Of a DNA stretch of 34,298 nt, positions 17,890 through 28,519 are shown piece by piece (positions within the stretch are counted from its first letter, which is position 1; every line of letters starts with the position of its first letter). Location of the stretch: the NCBI GenBank assembly GCA_040326155.1, contig JBEQLE010000045.1:1-34298 (forward strand), given 5' to 3'. This stretch comes from Leptospirales bacterium (GTDB lineage Bacteria > Spirochaetota > Leptospiria > Turneriellales > JAOUFE01). The position numbers and the translations under genes were made by a program. Below the pieces are notes generated by a model that worked only from the letters and a program-made list of their open reading frames with translations, searched no databases and was not told the origin of the DNA.

Positions 17890-18897
17890 TTAGACCACTT
17901 CTTTCATTCCGAAAGCTAAACCTAGCCCGGCTAATTTACTTTTCAATTGCAGCAGTACTTTGTCGGAGTAATGTTTGCTTTTTCTAAGATCTTCTTCATA
18001 TTTACCGACAAGATCTTTCATAGTTCTCATATCAAGGCTTTTTAATACAGCCATTGTACGTACAGAGAAACCATACTCTTCCAGAGGCATATTGAGAACT
18101 TCAGCCAAAGCTTCGTCAGCTTCGTCAAATTCTTCCTCTTCTTCGTACATTTCCTCTTCAAAATTAATAAATACTGTAAGATGCTCTTTCATTATTTTCG
18201 CAGCGTAGGCGACTGCGTCTTCAGGAGCAATTGTACTATCAGTCCATACTTCTAATATGAGTTTGTCATAATCAGTTCTTTGATCTACTCTAGTTTCAAC
18301 AACATCAAAATTTACTTTTTTAATTGGTGAAAACATTGCATCGATTGGAATAACGCCAACCTCATCGATCAATTTTTTTGTGATTTCGGCTGCAAGGTAA
18401 CCTCGCCCTTTATCCACCTGCAAAGTCATACTGATATCGGCGTTATCGTTCAAGTGAGCAATAACAATCTCAGGGTTCATAATCTTAACAGATGTGTTAT
18501 TATCAAGGTCCGAAGCTAACAATAAGCCAGGTCCTTTCTTTTGAACATCGATTGTTACAGGGCCGCTTCCATCATATTTTACTCGAACTTTTTTTAAGTT
18601 CAAAAGAATTCGGGAAACATCTTCCCGTACGCCTTCAATGTTAGTAAACTCATGACTTACATTCTCCATTTTGACAGCTACAATCGCAGCGCCTTCAATG
18701 ACAGACATAAGCACTCGCCTCAAGGCATTTGCTATTGTTACCCCAAAACCTTTTTCAAACGGTTCGGCTATAAACTTACCATAATTATTTTTCTTTTCAG
18801 CATGGTGAAACTCCACCACCTTAGGACGTTTTAATCCTTTTAATAAATTCTTAGGTGTGGGTTTTGAATCCATTGTTTCTTCTTTCGTCGACGACAT
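17890..18897 (-). CDS. rpoA: RNA polymerase subunit alpha
   Basis: EPFEKGFGVTIANALRRVL, GVREDV, GRGY, RVDQRTDYDKL. Confidence 0.98.
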   Translation of the reverse strand: MSSTKEETMDSKPTPKNLLKGLKRPKVVEFHHAEKKNNYGKFIAEPFEKGFGVTIANALRRVLMSVIEGAAIVAVKMENVSHEFTNIEGVREDVSRILLNLKKVRVKYDGSGPVTIDVQKKGPGLLLASDLDNNTSVKIMNPEIVIAHLNDNADISMTLQVDKGRGYLAAEITKKLIDEVGVIPIDAMFSPIKKVNFDVVETRVDQRTDYDKLILEVWTDSTIAPEDAVAYAAKIMKEHLTVFINFEEEMYEEEEEFDEADEALAEVLNMPLEEYGFSVRTMAVLKSLDMRTMKDLVGKYEEDLRKSKHYSDKVLLQLKSKLAGLGLAFGMKEVV

Positions 18898-18921
18898 GCG
18901 CTATACCTCTTTCACCCTAAA

Positions 18922-19551
18922 TTATTTAGAATAATGTTCAATAATGATTTGTTCTTTTATCGGAATATCAACATTCTCTCTGGTAGGATATTTGACAATT
19001 TTTCCGCTTTTACCGTCTTCGGCAATTTCCATCCAATCGGCAACTAGACCGACTCCACGTGCAATCTCAATATTACTTTCAACAAGATTAGACGATTTCA
19101 ACTTTGCTGACAAACTTACGATGTCATCCACACGAACTTGAAATGAACCGATATCCACTTTTCTCTCGTTGATAACAACATGTCCATGTGAAATCATATT
19201 TCGAGCCTGGGCCCGCGATGAAGCGATTCCCATACGGTATAAAGTGTTATCCAGTCTTCTTTCTAAAAGTACTAATAAATTTTCACCGGTAATACCACGC
19301 ATTTGCTGCGCTTTCTTATAATAATTTCTAAATTGTTTTTCTAAAACACCATAGACTCTTTTTACTTTTTGTTTTTCACGAAGCTGTATTGCAAATCCGG
19401 TTAACTTGGGCCGTCTTTTAGGCGGCGGACCCGGGGGATTCTTTCTTTCGTTAAAACTACACTTGTCCGTCAAACATCTTTGACCTTTCAGGAATAATTT
19501 TAATCCTTCTCTTCTACATTGCTTACAAACTGGACCGATATATCTCGCCAT
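18922..19551 (-). CDS. rpsD: 30S ribosomal protein S4
   Basis: MARYIGPVCKQCRREG, QLREKQK, LERRLDN. Confidence 0.98.
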   Translation of the reverse strand: MARYIGPVCKQCRREGLKLFLKGQRCLTDKCSFNERKNPPGPPPKRRPKLTGFAIQLREKQKVKRVYGVLEKQFRNYYKKAQQMRGITGENLLVLLERRLDNTLYRMGIASSRAQARNMISHGHVVINERKVDIGSFQVRVDDIVSLSAKLKSSNLVESNIEIARGVGLVADWMEIAEDGKSGKIVKYPTRENVDIPIKEQIIIEHYSK

Positions 19552-19571
19552 TTCAATTCACTCCGAAAAAA

Positions 19572-19958
19572 TTATACTCGTCTTTTCTTACGCGGTCTAC
19601 AACCATTATGTGGGACCGGTGTAATATCTTTAATTATTTTAACTCTAACGCCAGAGGTAGCCAAAGCCCTTATTGCAGACTCTCGCCCGCCGCCGGGACC
19701 TTTTACGTAGATTTCTAGTTCATATAAACCCATATCTCTTACTTTATCCATAACAGATTTGGCAGCCAACTGCGCTGCGTAGGGGGTAGCTTTCCGAGAA
19801 CCTTTAAATTCCATGGTTCCACCGGATGCCCAGGAAACAACATTACCTTCCATATCGGTAATAGTTACGATCGTGTTATTAAAAGTAGCGTTTACATAAG
19901 CGCGTCCTTTTAATACCTTCCTCTTTTCCTTTTTACCTGTGTTTTTTGACTGGGCCAT
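19572..19958 (-). CDS. rpsK: 30S ribosomal protein S11
   Basis: TFNNTIVT, KATPYAA, DITPVPHNGCRP. Confidence 0.98.
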   Translation of the reverse strand: MAQSKNTGKKEKRKVLKGRAYVNATFNNTIVTITDMEGNVVSWASGGTMEFKGSRKATPYAAQLAAKSVMDKVRDMGLYELEIYVKGPGGGRESAIRALATSGVRVKIIKDITPVPHNGCRPRKKRRV

Positions 19959-19960
19959 AA

Positions 19961-20329
19961 TTAATTCCTCTTAATACCGGTATTCCCTTTTCTTTTCTTA
20001 CGGGTTTTTGCATTGGTTTTCGTTCTTTGGCCACGTACAGGTAAACCACGTCTATGACGAAGTCCTCTATAACAACCAATATCCATTAACCTTTTAATAT
20101 TCAAGGCGTTTTCGCTTCGCAAATCACCTTCAACAGTATAATCTTTTTCAATAATTGACTTTAATGTACCAACCTCAGCATCAGAAAGTTCCTGCATACG
20201 ACGATTCCCGTCGATTGCCGCTGTTTTCAATATATTTTTAGAGGCTGTTGGACCTATTCCAAAAATATAGGTTAAAGAGATCAATGCTCTTTTGTTACTT
20301 GGTAAATCTACACCTGCTATCCTGGCCAT
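19961..20329 (-). CDS. rpsM: 30S ribosomal protein S13
   Basis: [32 protein letters not shown]. Confidence 0.98.
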   Translation of the reverse strand: MARIAGVDLPSNKRALISLTYIFGIGPTASKNILKTAAIDGNRRMQELSDAEVGTLKSIIEKDYTVEGDLRSENALNIKRLMDIGCYRGLRHRRGLPVRGQRTKTNAKTRKKRKGNTGIKRN

Positions 20330-20337
20330 AATTTATC

Positions 20338-20454
20338 TCACTTTTGCCTTTGTTTATGCCGAGCATTGGTTTTACAAATAACCATAACTCGACCTTTACG
20401 TTTTATAATTCTGCAATCAGAACATATTTTCTTTACAGATACTCGAACTTTCAT
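20338..20454 (-). CDS. rpmJ: 50S ribosomal protein L36 (not in the ORF track)
   Basis: Hand translation [38 protein letters not shown] (38 aa, zinc-ribbon type). Confidence 0.97.
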   Translation of the reverse strand: MKVRVSVKKICSDCRIIKRKGRVMVICKTNARHKQRQK

Positions 20455-20468
20455 CTTTTCACCTGTTA

Positions 20469-21278
20469 TCAATTCAATTTTTTATAAAATTCCATTACTT
20501 CATACACATTTTTGCCGATTAAATTATCCGGCAAAGTACAAATCTTTGGGCCACCGGCCGTTAAAGCGACGGTATGCTCATAATGGGCACTTTGCTTACC
20601 GTCTTTAGTTTTTACTGACCATTTGTCTTTGTCAGTATAAACCATGTATTCACCCTCATTCACCATCGGTTCGATGGCCAGGACCATTCCATTTCGCATG
20701 GTGGGCCCGTCTTTCTTTTTACCAAAATTAGGTACCTGAGGTTCTTCATGAATCGATTTCCCGACTCCGTGTCCCACCAGGCTTCGTACTACGGAAAATC
20801 CGTTTTTCTCGGCATGTTCCTGTACTGCGGCGCCAATTGCGCCGACCTTATTTCCTGCTACCGCCTGCTTAATACCCTTAAAAAGGGATGTATGCGTTAC
20901 GGTCATTAAATCGGCTACCAGCGGATGAACTTCGCCAACTGGCCAGGTCCAAGCTGTATCGGCATAATAACCATCGTATTCTATCCCGATATCAATTCCG
21001 ATCAAGTCTCCCGATTTTAATACTGTCTCACGGTTTGGTATACCATGCACGACAATATCATTGACCGATGTGCATATATGAGCTGGAAATCCCATAAAAC
21101 CCATAAAAGCTGCTTTAGCGCCTCGTTTTTCAATAAAGCCATTGGCAATTTCATCAAGAGTTTTTGTAGATACACCGGGAACAACTTCCCTCATTAAAAC
21201 CATGTGTGTATCAAAAGCAATTTCACCAGCCTTCGAAATCTTCTCTATTTCTCTGGAGGTGTAAACTCTTGCTGCCAT
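20469..21278 (-). CDS. map: type I methionine aminopeptidase
   Basis: [45 protein letters not shown]. Likely ATG start at 21278; ORF open from 21338. Confidence 0.97.
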   Translation of the reverse strand: MAARVYTSREIEKISKAGEIAFDTHMVLMREVVPGVSTKTLDEIANGFIEKRGAKAAFMGFMGFPAHICTSVNDIVVHGIPNRETVLKSGDLIGIDIGIEYDGYYADTAWTWPVGEVHPLVADLMTVTHTSLFKGIKQAVAGNKVGAIGAAVQEHAEKNGFSVVRSLVGHGVGKSIHEEPQVPNFGKKKDGPTMRNGMVLAIEPMVNEGEYMVYTDKDKWSVKTKDGKQSAHYEHTVALTAGGPKICTLPDNLIGKNVYEVMEFYKKLN

Positions 21279-21279
21279 T

Positions 21280-21843
21280 TTATTCCCCGATAGCCCGAAA
21301 CAGACGTTCTTTAACGTCTTCCGGATTACCAGTACCATCTATATAACGTATTAAATTGCGTTTTTGATAATATTCTATCAAACTTTCCGTATTCTTTCGA
21401 AATACGATGAGTCTGTTTTTTATTACTTCCAGCGTATCATCTGTCCGATTCTCTTTCTCGGCCCTTGCTAGAAGTCTCATTATCAACTCTTTTTCTGGTA
21501 CGTCAAAGAAAACAACATGGTCAATTTGTTTCTTTTCCCGTTCCAGCAACTCATCGAGAGTCTTAGCCTGCTCATTCGTCCTGGGAAATCCATCCGCTAT
21601 AAAACCATTTTCACAGTCTTTTTCACGTATTCTCTCTTCAATGATTCCGTTTATTACTTCATCGGGTACTAATTCCCCCGAATCCATAAGTCCTTTGGCT
21701 TTCACTCCCAGCTCGGTTTCCTCTGAAACCGCCTTACGAAGCATGTCTCCAGTAGAAATTTGAATGATACTCACCTTGTCAACTATACTTTGTGACTGAG
21801 TTCCCTTTCCTGACCCTGGAGGCCCCATTAATATTATTATCAC
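21280..21843 (-). CDS. adk: adenylate kinase (short-LID type)
   Basis: GPPGSGKGTQ, STGDMLR, DGFPRT, RLLAR..RTDD. Confidence 0.98.
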   Translation of the reverse strand: MIIILMGPPGSGKGTQSQSIVDKVSIIQISTGDMLRKAVSEETELGVKAKGLMDSGELVPDEVINGIIEERIREKDCENGFIADGFPRTNEQAKTLDELLEREKKQIDHVVFFDVPEKELIMRLLARAEKENRTDDTLEVIKNRLIVFRKNTESLIEYYQKRNLIRYIDGTGNPEDVKERLFRAIGE

Positions 21844-21856
21844 TATAACTCTTTTG

Positions 21857-23230
21857 CTACCGTACTATTTTTGGTCTTTTCAATTGTTTTTTCGACCTGT
21901 CCATAAATCCGTCATAATGGCGCATTACCAGTTGGGACTCTATTTGTTTCAAGGTATCTAATGCAACACCAACAATAATTAAAAGCGAAGTACCACCAAA
22001 AAGGGCCGCCATCGAACGATATTTTTGAAGATCCCAGATTTTAATAATTATATCCGGCGATATAGCAATAAAAGCTAGAAATATTGCTCCAGAAAGTGTA
22101 ATTCTATTTAAAATTTTAGATAAAAACTCTTCAGTTTGAGCCCCTGGTCTTATTCCAGGCACATAACCACCATTTTTCTTTAACGCTTCGGCTAAATCTT
22201 TCGGGTTATACTGTATTGCAGTGTAAAAATATGCGAAAAAGATAATCAAGATTACAAAAGTAACCATATAAGATATCGTGCCCATGGTTAAATAACCTTC
22301 CACCACACCGGCAAAATCTGGATACTTATCTTTTAGAAACCCTGCCATATATGTCGGTAACATTAAAATGGAAGAAGCAAAGATAATAGGCATTACATTA
22401 GCTGCATTTACTTTAATAGGTAACGACTGAGAGGCTCCCTGCATCATCTTACGACCAACAATCTTCTTGCCGTATTGTACGGGAACTTTACGGGTTCCTT
22501 CTGTAAGTAAAATACTTAGAGCGATCATGGCTAAGAAAACAACTACCAGAATAACAGCCAAGATAGCTTCCACCTGATCGGAGGCAATATCACCAGCGAA
22601 AGTCTTAATAGCAGTGGGTGCTCCGGCAATAATACCGGCAAAAATCAATAGCGAAATACCGTTACCGATACCGCGCTCGGTAATCATCTCACCAATCCAC
22701 ATTAGAACAATTGTACCGGTTGTAATAGCAAGCATGGTCATTAAAACAAAACCAATGCCGCCTCCACCAGAAATCAGGTCAGCATTCATCTTTCCTAAAA
22801 CCTGATCATGTAGTGAACTTATATGAATAGTTAAACCGTATGATTGCGCTGCACAAAGAATAACCGTACCATAACGAGTGTACTGGTTAACCTTTTTTCG
22901 TCCTTGTTCGCCTTCTTTCTGTAGTTTTTGAAGACTGGGTACCACAACCATTAATAACTGCATAATAATCGAAGCTGAGATATAAGGCATAATGCCAAGT
23001 GCAAATAAAGACAAACGCTTAAAAGCTCCCCCTGAGAAGATATCAATTAAATCGGTAAGCCCTGGAGCATCACCAGCGCTCAACTTCATATACTCTGCAA
23101 GAATATGATTGTCGATGCCGGGAACTGTAACATGGGCTCCAAAACGGAACACCACTATCATAGATAATGAAAATATAACTTTTCTTCTTAAATCCGGAAT
23201 ACTGAATATTGTAGTTAAAATTTTCAACAT
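21857..23230 (-). CDS. secY: preprotein translocase subunit SecY
   Basis: LGIMPYISASIIMQLL, GIGNGISLLIF, PGIRPG, GGTSLLIIVGV. Confidence 0.98.
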   Translation of the reverse strand: MLKILTTIFSIPDLRRKVIFSLSMIVVFRFGAHVTVPGIDNHILAEYMKLSAGDAPGLTDLIDIFSGGAFKRLSLFALGIMPYISASIIMQLLMVVVPSLQKLQKEGEQGRKKVNQYTRYGTVILCAAQSYGLTIHISSLHDQVLGKMNADLISGGGGIGFVLMTMLAITTGTIVLMWIGEMITERGIGNGISLLIFAGIIAGAPTAIKTFAGDIASDQVEAILAVILVVVFLAMIALSILLTEGTRKVPVQYGKKIVGRKMMQGASQSLPIKVNAANVMPIIFASSILMLPTYMAGFLKDKYPDFAGVVEGYLTMGTISYMVTFVILIIFFAYFYTAIQYNPKDLAEALKKNGGYVPGIRPGAQTEEFLSKILNRITLSGAIFLAFIAISPDIIIKIWDLQKYRSMAALFGGTSLLIIVGVALDTLKQIESQLVMRHYDGFMDRSKKQLKRPKIVR

Positions 23231-23242
23231 AACATTACCGAA

Positions 23243-23713
23243 TTATCCTTCCTCGCCAAAAATTACTCCAGCGACTTCGAGTGCCTTTTTAGCAGATTCG
23301 CTGCACTTTTTTAATTTCCACGTTTTACCACTTAAAGAGGCCAGGGCTTCTTTTTTGGTTTCTTCACGTCCTATTAAAACTTTCCAGTCATAATCAGTTT
23401 TTTTGGTAAGTCCGGCTTTCTGTAAAGATTCATCTGAAATTTCTGTAGTGCTGCTATTTTTTGCAAGAGCTACGGCAAGTTGTGCTATGTTAATAGCCTG
23501 TGTATGTTTTTTAAATGCGTTAAAAAAACCTCGTTTAGGTACTCTTCTGTGAAGTGGGTTTTGTCCACCTTCAAACAAAGCAGGAATAGAAACACCAGAA
23601 CGACTTTTTTGTCCTTTCTGACCTCTACCACATGTTTTACCTGTACCAGAGCCGACTCCTCGACCTAATCTTTTTCTATTTTTAATAGCTTTTCTATTTG
23701 GCGAAAGATCCAT
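23243..23713 (-). CDS. rplO: 50S ribosomal protein L15
   Basis: RLGRGVGSGTGKTCGRGQKGQKSR, FEGGQNPLHRRVPKRGF. Confidence 0.97.
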   Translation of the reverse strand: MDLSPNRKAIKNRKRLGRGVGSGTGKTCGRGQKGQKSRSGVSIPALFEGGQNPLHRRVPKRGFFNAFKKHTQAINIAQLAVALAKNSSTTEISDESLQKAGLTKKTDYDWKVLIGREETKKEALASLSGKTWKLKKCSESAKKALEVAGVIFGEEG

Positions 23714-23907
23714 TATTTTACATCCTCTACTTTTACAAGAAAATCAATTTTATCAATCATTCCTGCCACCTGCGGAGAGAGTCCGTGTTCTCGACTCTGG
23801 CCTATACCACGTAAACCTAATCCATCAAGTGTAGCTTTCTGCTTATTTGATCTACCTATAGCGCTTTTTATCTGGGTAATGATTACTTTTTTTTCAGTCT
23901 TTGCCAT
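23713..23907 (-). CDS. rpmD: 50S ribosomal protein L30
   Basis: ITQIKSAIG..TLDGLGLR..GMIDKI, and position in the operon. Confidence 0.95.
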   Translation of the reverse strand: MAKTEKKVIITQIKSAIGRSNKQKATLDGLGLRGIGQSREHGLSPQVAGMIDKIDFLVKVEDVK

Positions 23908-23915
23908 GATATTTT

Positions 23916-24593
23916 CTACTCAGTTACTTTTTTTTCTTCCGGCTTACCAGCATCTGCTTCGGGTGCCTTTTCTTCTTCTTTGACTACCGGACCTGTTTTA
24001 GTTTTTGCTACGGCCTGTTCTCTTCTTTCATCTCTTCTACGCAAGCTGTAATCGCCGAAAAGTTGTTTTAGAGTAATTCCTCTTCGATTCCTTGCATCAT
24101 CTGGTGTTTCCAGTTGACGAAGAGCATCCATAGTGGCCTTTACAATATTTAATGAATTCGATGAACCCTGAGCTTTTGTTAAGACATCCTGGATGCCACC
24201 AAGCTCTACAATCGCTCTTACTGCTTCACCGGCAATAATACCGGTACCAGCAGAGCAAGGTTTAAGCATAACACGAGCTGACTTATATTTGCCAACCACT
24301 TCATGCGGAATAGTAGTTCCTTGTTTTTTAACTTTAAGCATGCCTTTTTTGGCTCGCTCAATGCTTTTACGAATAGCTTCAGGAACCTCGCGCGCTTTAC
24401 CGAAACCCAGACCGACATAAGAGTCATGGTCCCCGACTACGGTTAATGCGTTAAAAGAGAAGCGACGCCCCCCTTTTACAACTTTAGCGACACGGGACAT
24501 TTTAACTACTTTTTCGGTCAATTCGATCTCTTTCGAGTCGATTACCATGGTATTTCGTTTACCGGCGTCTTTTGATTTTGAGCGTTGTCTCAT
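23916..24593 (-). CDS. rpsE: 30S ribosomal protein S5 (N- and C-terminal extensions)
   Basis: [31 protein letters not shown]. Confidence 0.97.
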   Translation of the reverse strand: MRQRSKSKDAGKRNTMVIDSKEIELTEKVVKMSRVAKVVKGGRRFSFNALTVVGDHDSYVGLGFGKAREVPEAIRKSIERAKKGMLKVKKQGTTIPHEVVGKYKSARVMLKPCSAGTGIIAGEAVRAIVELGGIQDVLTKAQGSSNSLNIVKATMDALRQLETPDDARNRRGITLKQLFGDYSLRRRDERREQAVAKTKTGPVVKEEEKAPEADAGKPEEKKVTE

Positions 24594-24610
24594 AATTTCC
24601 CCGAAATATA

Positions 24611-24976
24611 TTAGAACGAGAGACCTTTTTCTCTCAAGGTTTCAGCAAACTTGGCGACTTTACCATGATATGGTTTATTGCCACGGTCAAATACAAACCC
24701 TTCCGTCTCTTTAATTTTATTTTCATCCATTTTAGTTTTAAAAGCTTCAGCCAACTTGACTGCATTTTCTTTATTAGAGAGGTTCTTACTTCCCTCCCCT
24801 TTTTTCTGCGTCGTAACGGTTAATATAGTCGTTCCCAACTTATCGTCGATAAGCTGCGCCGTAAGATGTTTGTTACTGGTATTCAAATAAATTCTTTTTC
24901 TAAGACTTCGATTTACACTTTTCAGTTTCTTTCGAATTCTAAGTTTTCTTTTCAAGACTGGTGCGATTCTCTCCAT
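24611..24976 (-). CDS. rplR: 50S ribosomal protein L18
   Basis: [22 protein letters not shown]. Confidence 0.95.
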   Translation of the reverse strand: MERIAPVLKRKLRIRKKLKSVNRSLRKRIYLNTSNKHLTAQLIDDKLGTTILTVTTQKKGEGSKNLSNKENAVKLAEAFKTKMDENKIKETEGFVFDRGNKPYHGKVAKFAETLREKGLSF

Positions 24977-24995
24977 AATTAACCTTCGTATATTA

Positions 24996-25535
24996 TTATT
25001 TCTTACCGGCTTTTCCGGCCTTTCTTCTTACAATTTCATCCGAATAACGAATACCTTTGCCTTTATATGGCTCGGGGGGTCGATATGATCGAATAACAGC
25101 GGACACCTGTCCAACTCTTTGTTTATCAATACCACTAACTATTACTTTAGTAGGCTCAGGACATTCTACGTTGACATCTTGCGGAATGGCCATGTTAATT
25201 TCATGAGAAAAACCCAAAGTCATTACCAGGGAGTTTCCTTTTTTTTGAGCTCTGTAACCAACACCCTGCAATTGAAGATTTTTTGAAAAACCTTCACTGG
25301 TGCCTGTAATACAATTTGCGATTAAAGAACGAACCAAACCATGGTAAGCCCTTTGTTGTTTCACATCAGTGTCTCTTTTGACACTCACCGAACCATCCGC
25401 CACTTCAATTGTAATGCCTGGAAACAAGGGAGCTTCCAAAGTACCTTTAGGCCCGGTAATTTTTACCACTTCTGCAGAAACTTCTACATTGACACCCGCG
25501 GGCAGTTTTACTTTTTTATTACCAATCCTTGACAT
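24996..25535 (-). CDS. rplF: 50S ribosomal protein L6
   Basis: MSRIG, GVGYRA, RPPEPYKGKGIRY. ATG start at 25535. Confidence 0.98.
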   Translation of the reverse strand: MSRIGNKKVKLPAGVNVEVSAEVVKITGPKGTLEAPLFPGITIEVADGSVSVKRDTDVKQQRAYHGLVRSLIANCITGTSEGFSKNLQLQGVGYRAQKKGNSLVMTLGFSHEINMAIPQDVNVECPEPTKVIVSGIDKQRVGQVSAVIRSYRPPEPYKGKGIRYSDEIVRRKAGKAGKK

Positions 25536-25537
25536 GA

Positions 25538-25933
25538 TTACCAAACCTTACAAATATATTCGCCGCCAACATTCAGGTTTTTTGCTTCTTTACCTGTAAT
25601 AACGCCTTTGGATGTTGAAAAAATATGCATCCCGATGTTATTTAAGGCCGGACGAATTTCACTACAAGATCGATAAACTCGACGACCTGGTTTAGATATT
25701 CGTTCTAACCCGCGAATAACAGGAGAGTTTTGATAGTATTTCAACTCTACTTTAATCATACTTTTACTCTCATCCTTAAATGGAATAAAATTTGCAATAA
25801 AACCTTCAGACTTTAAAAGTCCTAGAATTTTCTCAATAATCCCATTGTGGAAAACATCAACAGAATCCATCTCGGCCCGCTGGCCATTTCTGATTCTTGT
25901 TAAAGTATCTGCTATATTATCCGACATACTCAT
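25538..25933 (-). CDS. rpsH: 30S ribosomal protein S8
   Basis: IADTLTRIRN, RISKPGRRVY, STSKGV, GGEYIC. Confidence 0.98.
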   Translation of the reverse strand: MSMSDNIADTLTRIRNGQRAEMDSVDVFHNGIIEKILGLLKSEGFIANFIPFKDESKSMIKVELKYYQNSPVIRGLERISKPGRRVYRSCSEIRPALNNIGMHIFSTSKGVITGKEAKNLNVGGEYICKVW

Positions 25934-25940
25934 ATAATAC

Positions 25941-26126
25941 CTACCATGACGACTTAGTTACACCGGGAATTAATCCGCTGGAAGCCATTTCCCGAAAACA
26001 AATTCTACACATATCAAATCTTCGTATGTAACCACGCGGGCGACCACATAGTGGACACCGATTGTACTTTCTTACGCCAAATTTGGGTTCCCGAAGGGCT
26101 TTTGCTCTTATCGATTTTTTCGCCAT
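25941..26126 (-). CDS. rpsN: 30S ribosomal protein S14 type Z
   Basis: 61 aa, [25 protein letters not shown]. Confidence 0.98.
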   Translation of the reverse strand: MAKKSIRAKALREPKFGVRKYNRCPLCGRPRGYIRRFDMCRICFREMASSGLIPGVTKSSW

Positions 26127-26140
26127 TTTTTTCTATTCCG

Positions 26141-26707
26141 TTATTTTTTTCTAAAAGGAAATTTAAATTTTTCCATCAGTAATTTTGAATCATCTTTTCC
26201 ACGAGACTTAATGGTAAAGGTTATATCCATTCCATGAATACTTTCAACCTGGTCGACATTAATCTCCGGAAAAATAATCTGTTCTTTTATTCCAAAGGTA
26301 TAATTTCCCTGTCTATCAAAAGACTTATTGCTTAAACCGTTAAAGTCACGTACACGCGGTAGCGCAATGTTAATTAAACGATCAAGAAATTCATACATTC
26401 TCTTACCGCGAAGTGTAACCATTGTACCAACCAATGACCCTTCACGAAGTTTAAAGCCAGCAATTGAATTTTTTGCCTTTGTCTTTACCGGCATTTGCCC
26501 GGTAATCGCTGCTAACTCATTCACCATAGAATCAAGAATTTTTGGGTCTGAAGCCGCTCGGCCTGCCCCAATATTCAAGACAATTTTTTTCAGTTCAGGA
26601 ACCTGCATAATCGTTTTTACTTCTAGTTCTTTTTTAAGCTCTATCCGAAATTTATCCTGATAAATTTTTTGAAGTCTAGCGCTTTTAGTTGCTGTGTTTG
26701 TAGCCAT
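26141..26707 (-). CDS. rplE: 50S ribosomal protein L5
   Basis: ITGQMP, FKLREG, LPRVRDF, GIKEQIIFPEI. Confidence 0.98.
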   Translation of the reverse strand: MATNTATKSARLQKIYQDKFRIELKKELEVKTIMQVPELKKIVLNIGAGRAASDPKILDSMVNELAAITGQMPVKTKAKNSIAGFKLREGSLVGTMVTLRGKRMYEFLDRLINIALPRVRDFNGLSNKSFDRQGNYTFGIKEQIIFPEINVDQVESIHGMDITFTIKSRGKDDSKLLMEKFKFPFRKK

Positions 26708-26718
26708 TTATGATACCA

Positions 26719-27060
26719 TTACCCTAATTCTTTTCCGGAAGAAGTCACTACCCGGGTTTTTTTACCATTTTTATCAATGGCAATTTTAATTCGACTTCCT
26801 TTTTTACTTTTTGCGTCATAGTAGGCAACATTACTAAGCTGAAGAGGCGCTTCAATTTCTACAACGCCGCCTTTAGGGTTTTCCTGGGAAGGACGAACAA
26901 AACGTTTTTTCTGATTAACGCCCTGTACAATTACCCGGCCCCCGGTTTTATCAATCACGAGGATTTTCCCTCTTTGATTTTTACTTTTTCCGCTAATTAC
27001 GATCACTTCGTCTTCTACACGTAGTTTCGTTTTAATTGGTTTCTTACTTTTTATAGCCAT
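26719..27060 (-). CDS. rplX: 50S ribosomal protein L24
   Basis: DEVIVISGKSK..GK, VQGVN, EAPLQLSNV. Confidence 0.97.
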   Translation of the reverse strand: MAIKSKKPIKTKLRVEDEVIVISGKSKNQRGKILVIDKTGGRVIVQGVNQKKRFVRPSQENPKGGVVEIEAPLQLSNVAYYDAKSKKGSRIKIAIDKNGKKTRVVTSSGKELG

Positions 27061-27072
27061 TATATTATTCCA

Positions 27073-27465
27073 TCAAAGCACTTCAGGGGCTAAAGAGACA
27101 ATTTTCATAAAATTCTTATCTCGTAATTCCCTTGCTACGGGCCCGAATATACGCGTACCTTTCGGATTTCCCGTTAAATCGATAATCGCACATGCGTTAT
27201 CATCAAAACGAATATAAGTTCCATCCTGGCGTCGAATCTCTTTACGAGTGCGAACAACCACAGCGCGAACTACTTGTTTTTTATGGTCTTTTTTACCATA
27301 ATTATCTTTAATACCGTAAGCGGGAGTCGCTGATTTAACAGCAACAACAACGACATCACCAATACTGGCATATCGTCTGTGAGAACCGCCAAGTACTTTA
27401 ATTACTTGAACTTTCTTAGCGCCGCTATTATCGGCAACGTTCATATATGACTGCATCTGAAGCAT
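27073..27465 (-). CDS. rplN: 50S ribosomal protein L14
   Basis: [35 protein letters not shown]. Confidence 0.98.
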   Translation of the reverse strand: MLQMQSYMNVADNSGAKKVQVIKVLGGSHRRYASIGDVVVVAVKSATPAYGIKDNYGKKDHKKQVVRAVVVRTRKEIRRQDGTYIRFDDNACAIIDLTGNPKGTRIFGPVARELRDKNFMKIVSLAPEVL

Positions 27466-27487
27466 AATTCAAATCCCCTTGTTGCCC

Positions 27488-27742
27488 TTACTGTGCAGCC
27501 GGCTCCAAAACTTCCGCGAGCTCATATCTTTTCAATTTAGAATAAGGACGGCTGGAAATAATGTTTACCACATCCCCTACATTTGCTTTATTTTCAGCAT
27601 CGTGGGCCATGATTTTTTTACTGCGATTGATAAATTTTTTAAACTTTGACTGGGTTTTTCTGTAGCTGATTAAGACTACGATGCTCTTGTCAGTCGAGTT
27701 AGAAACCACAACGCCTTTTAATGTTTTCTTTTTTGCTTCCAT
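27488..27742 (-). CDS. rpsQ: 30S ribosomal protein S17
   Basis: GVVVS..DKSIVV, AHDAEN..GDVV, RPYSKLKR. Confidence 0.97.
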   Translation of the reverse strand: MEAKKKTLKGVVVSNSTDKSIVVLISYRKTQSKFKKFINRSKKIMAHDAENKANVGDVVNIISSRPYSKLKRYELAEVLEPAAQ

Positions 27743-27753
27743 TTATTATCTCG

Positions 27754-28038
27754 TTATTCTTGCACTTGTTGCACTTGTGGTGCTGGTTGTACTTTGGGTA
27801 CATTGATTTCACGCAGTTTCAATACAGTTAAAATTCGGGCTATCGTCTTTCTAGTTTCCCGAATCAATCGTACATTGGGCTGCGAGGCCACTTTGATCTT
27901 ACTACGTAGATCATATAACTCTTTACGTAAATCAGTCTCCAGCTTTTCAAGTTCCGGAGTCGTCATTTCACGTATAGTCCCCAGTTTCGGGGTACCTTTT
28001 TGCTTTTTAGCTTTCGCTTTTTCCTTTTTATTTGCCAC
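27754..28038 (-). CDS. rpmC: 50S ribosomal protein L29 with extensions
   Basis: Core IREMTTPELEKL..LRKELYDLR..IRETRKTIARILTV, between rplP and rpsQ. GTG start at 28038 inferred; ORF open from 28077. Confidence 0.9.
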   Translation of the reverse strand: MANKKEKAKAKKQKGTPKLGTIREMTTPELEKLETDLRKELYDLRSKIKVASQPNVRLIRETRKTIARILTVLKLREINVPKVQPAPQVQQVQE

Positions 28039-28084
28039 GTCTATTCGCCAGTAATATTTATTTAGATATCGCGTCAATCGGTAA

Positions 28085-28495
28085 CTAACGCGTTCTCTCC
28101 ACTATTTTCGTTTTTATAGGAAGTTTTGCCGATGCTCGGATAAAAGCTTCTTTCATGAGTTCTTTATCTCCGCCTGCCATTTCAAAAAGAATTTTGCCAG
28201 GCTTAATTACCGCAACATAATACTCAGGACTACCTTTTCCCTTACCCATACGGGTTTCTGCGGGTTTTTTAGTAACCGAACGGTCAGGGAATATGCGAAT
28301 CCATACTTTTGCTCCCCGTTTTACATGCCTTGTCATAGCCTGCCGAGCTGCCTCAATTTGACGCGAAGTCAATCGGTGTGCAGTAACGGCTTTAAGACCA
28401 ATTTCACCAAAGGATACCTCATTTCCAGCTTTTGAAACACCTTTCAAGCGGCCAGTATGTGGTTTTCTCCATTTTAATCTTTTAGGGGCAAGCAT
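28085..28495 (-). CDS. rplP: 50S ribosomal protein L16
   Basis: MLAPKR, QIEAAR, RMGKGKG, KLPIKT. Confidence 0.98.
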   Translation of the reverse strand: MLAPKRLKWRKPHTGRLKGVSKAGNEVSFGEIGLKAVTAHRLTSRQIEAARQAMTRHVKRGAKVWIRIFPDRSVTKKPAETRMGKGKGSPEYYVAVIKPGKILFEMAGGDKELMKEAFIRASAKLPIKTKIVERTR

Positions 28496-28519
28496 CCGTA
28501 TATCTCCTCAGTATTCCTA

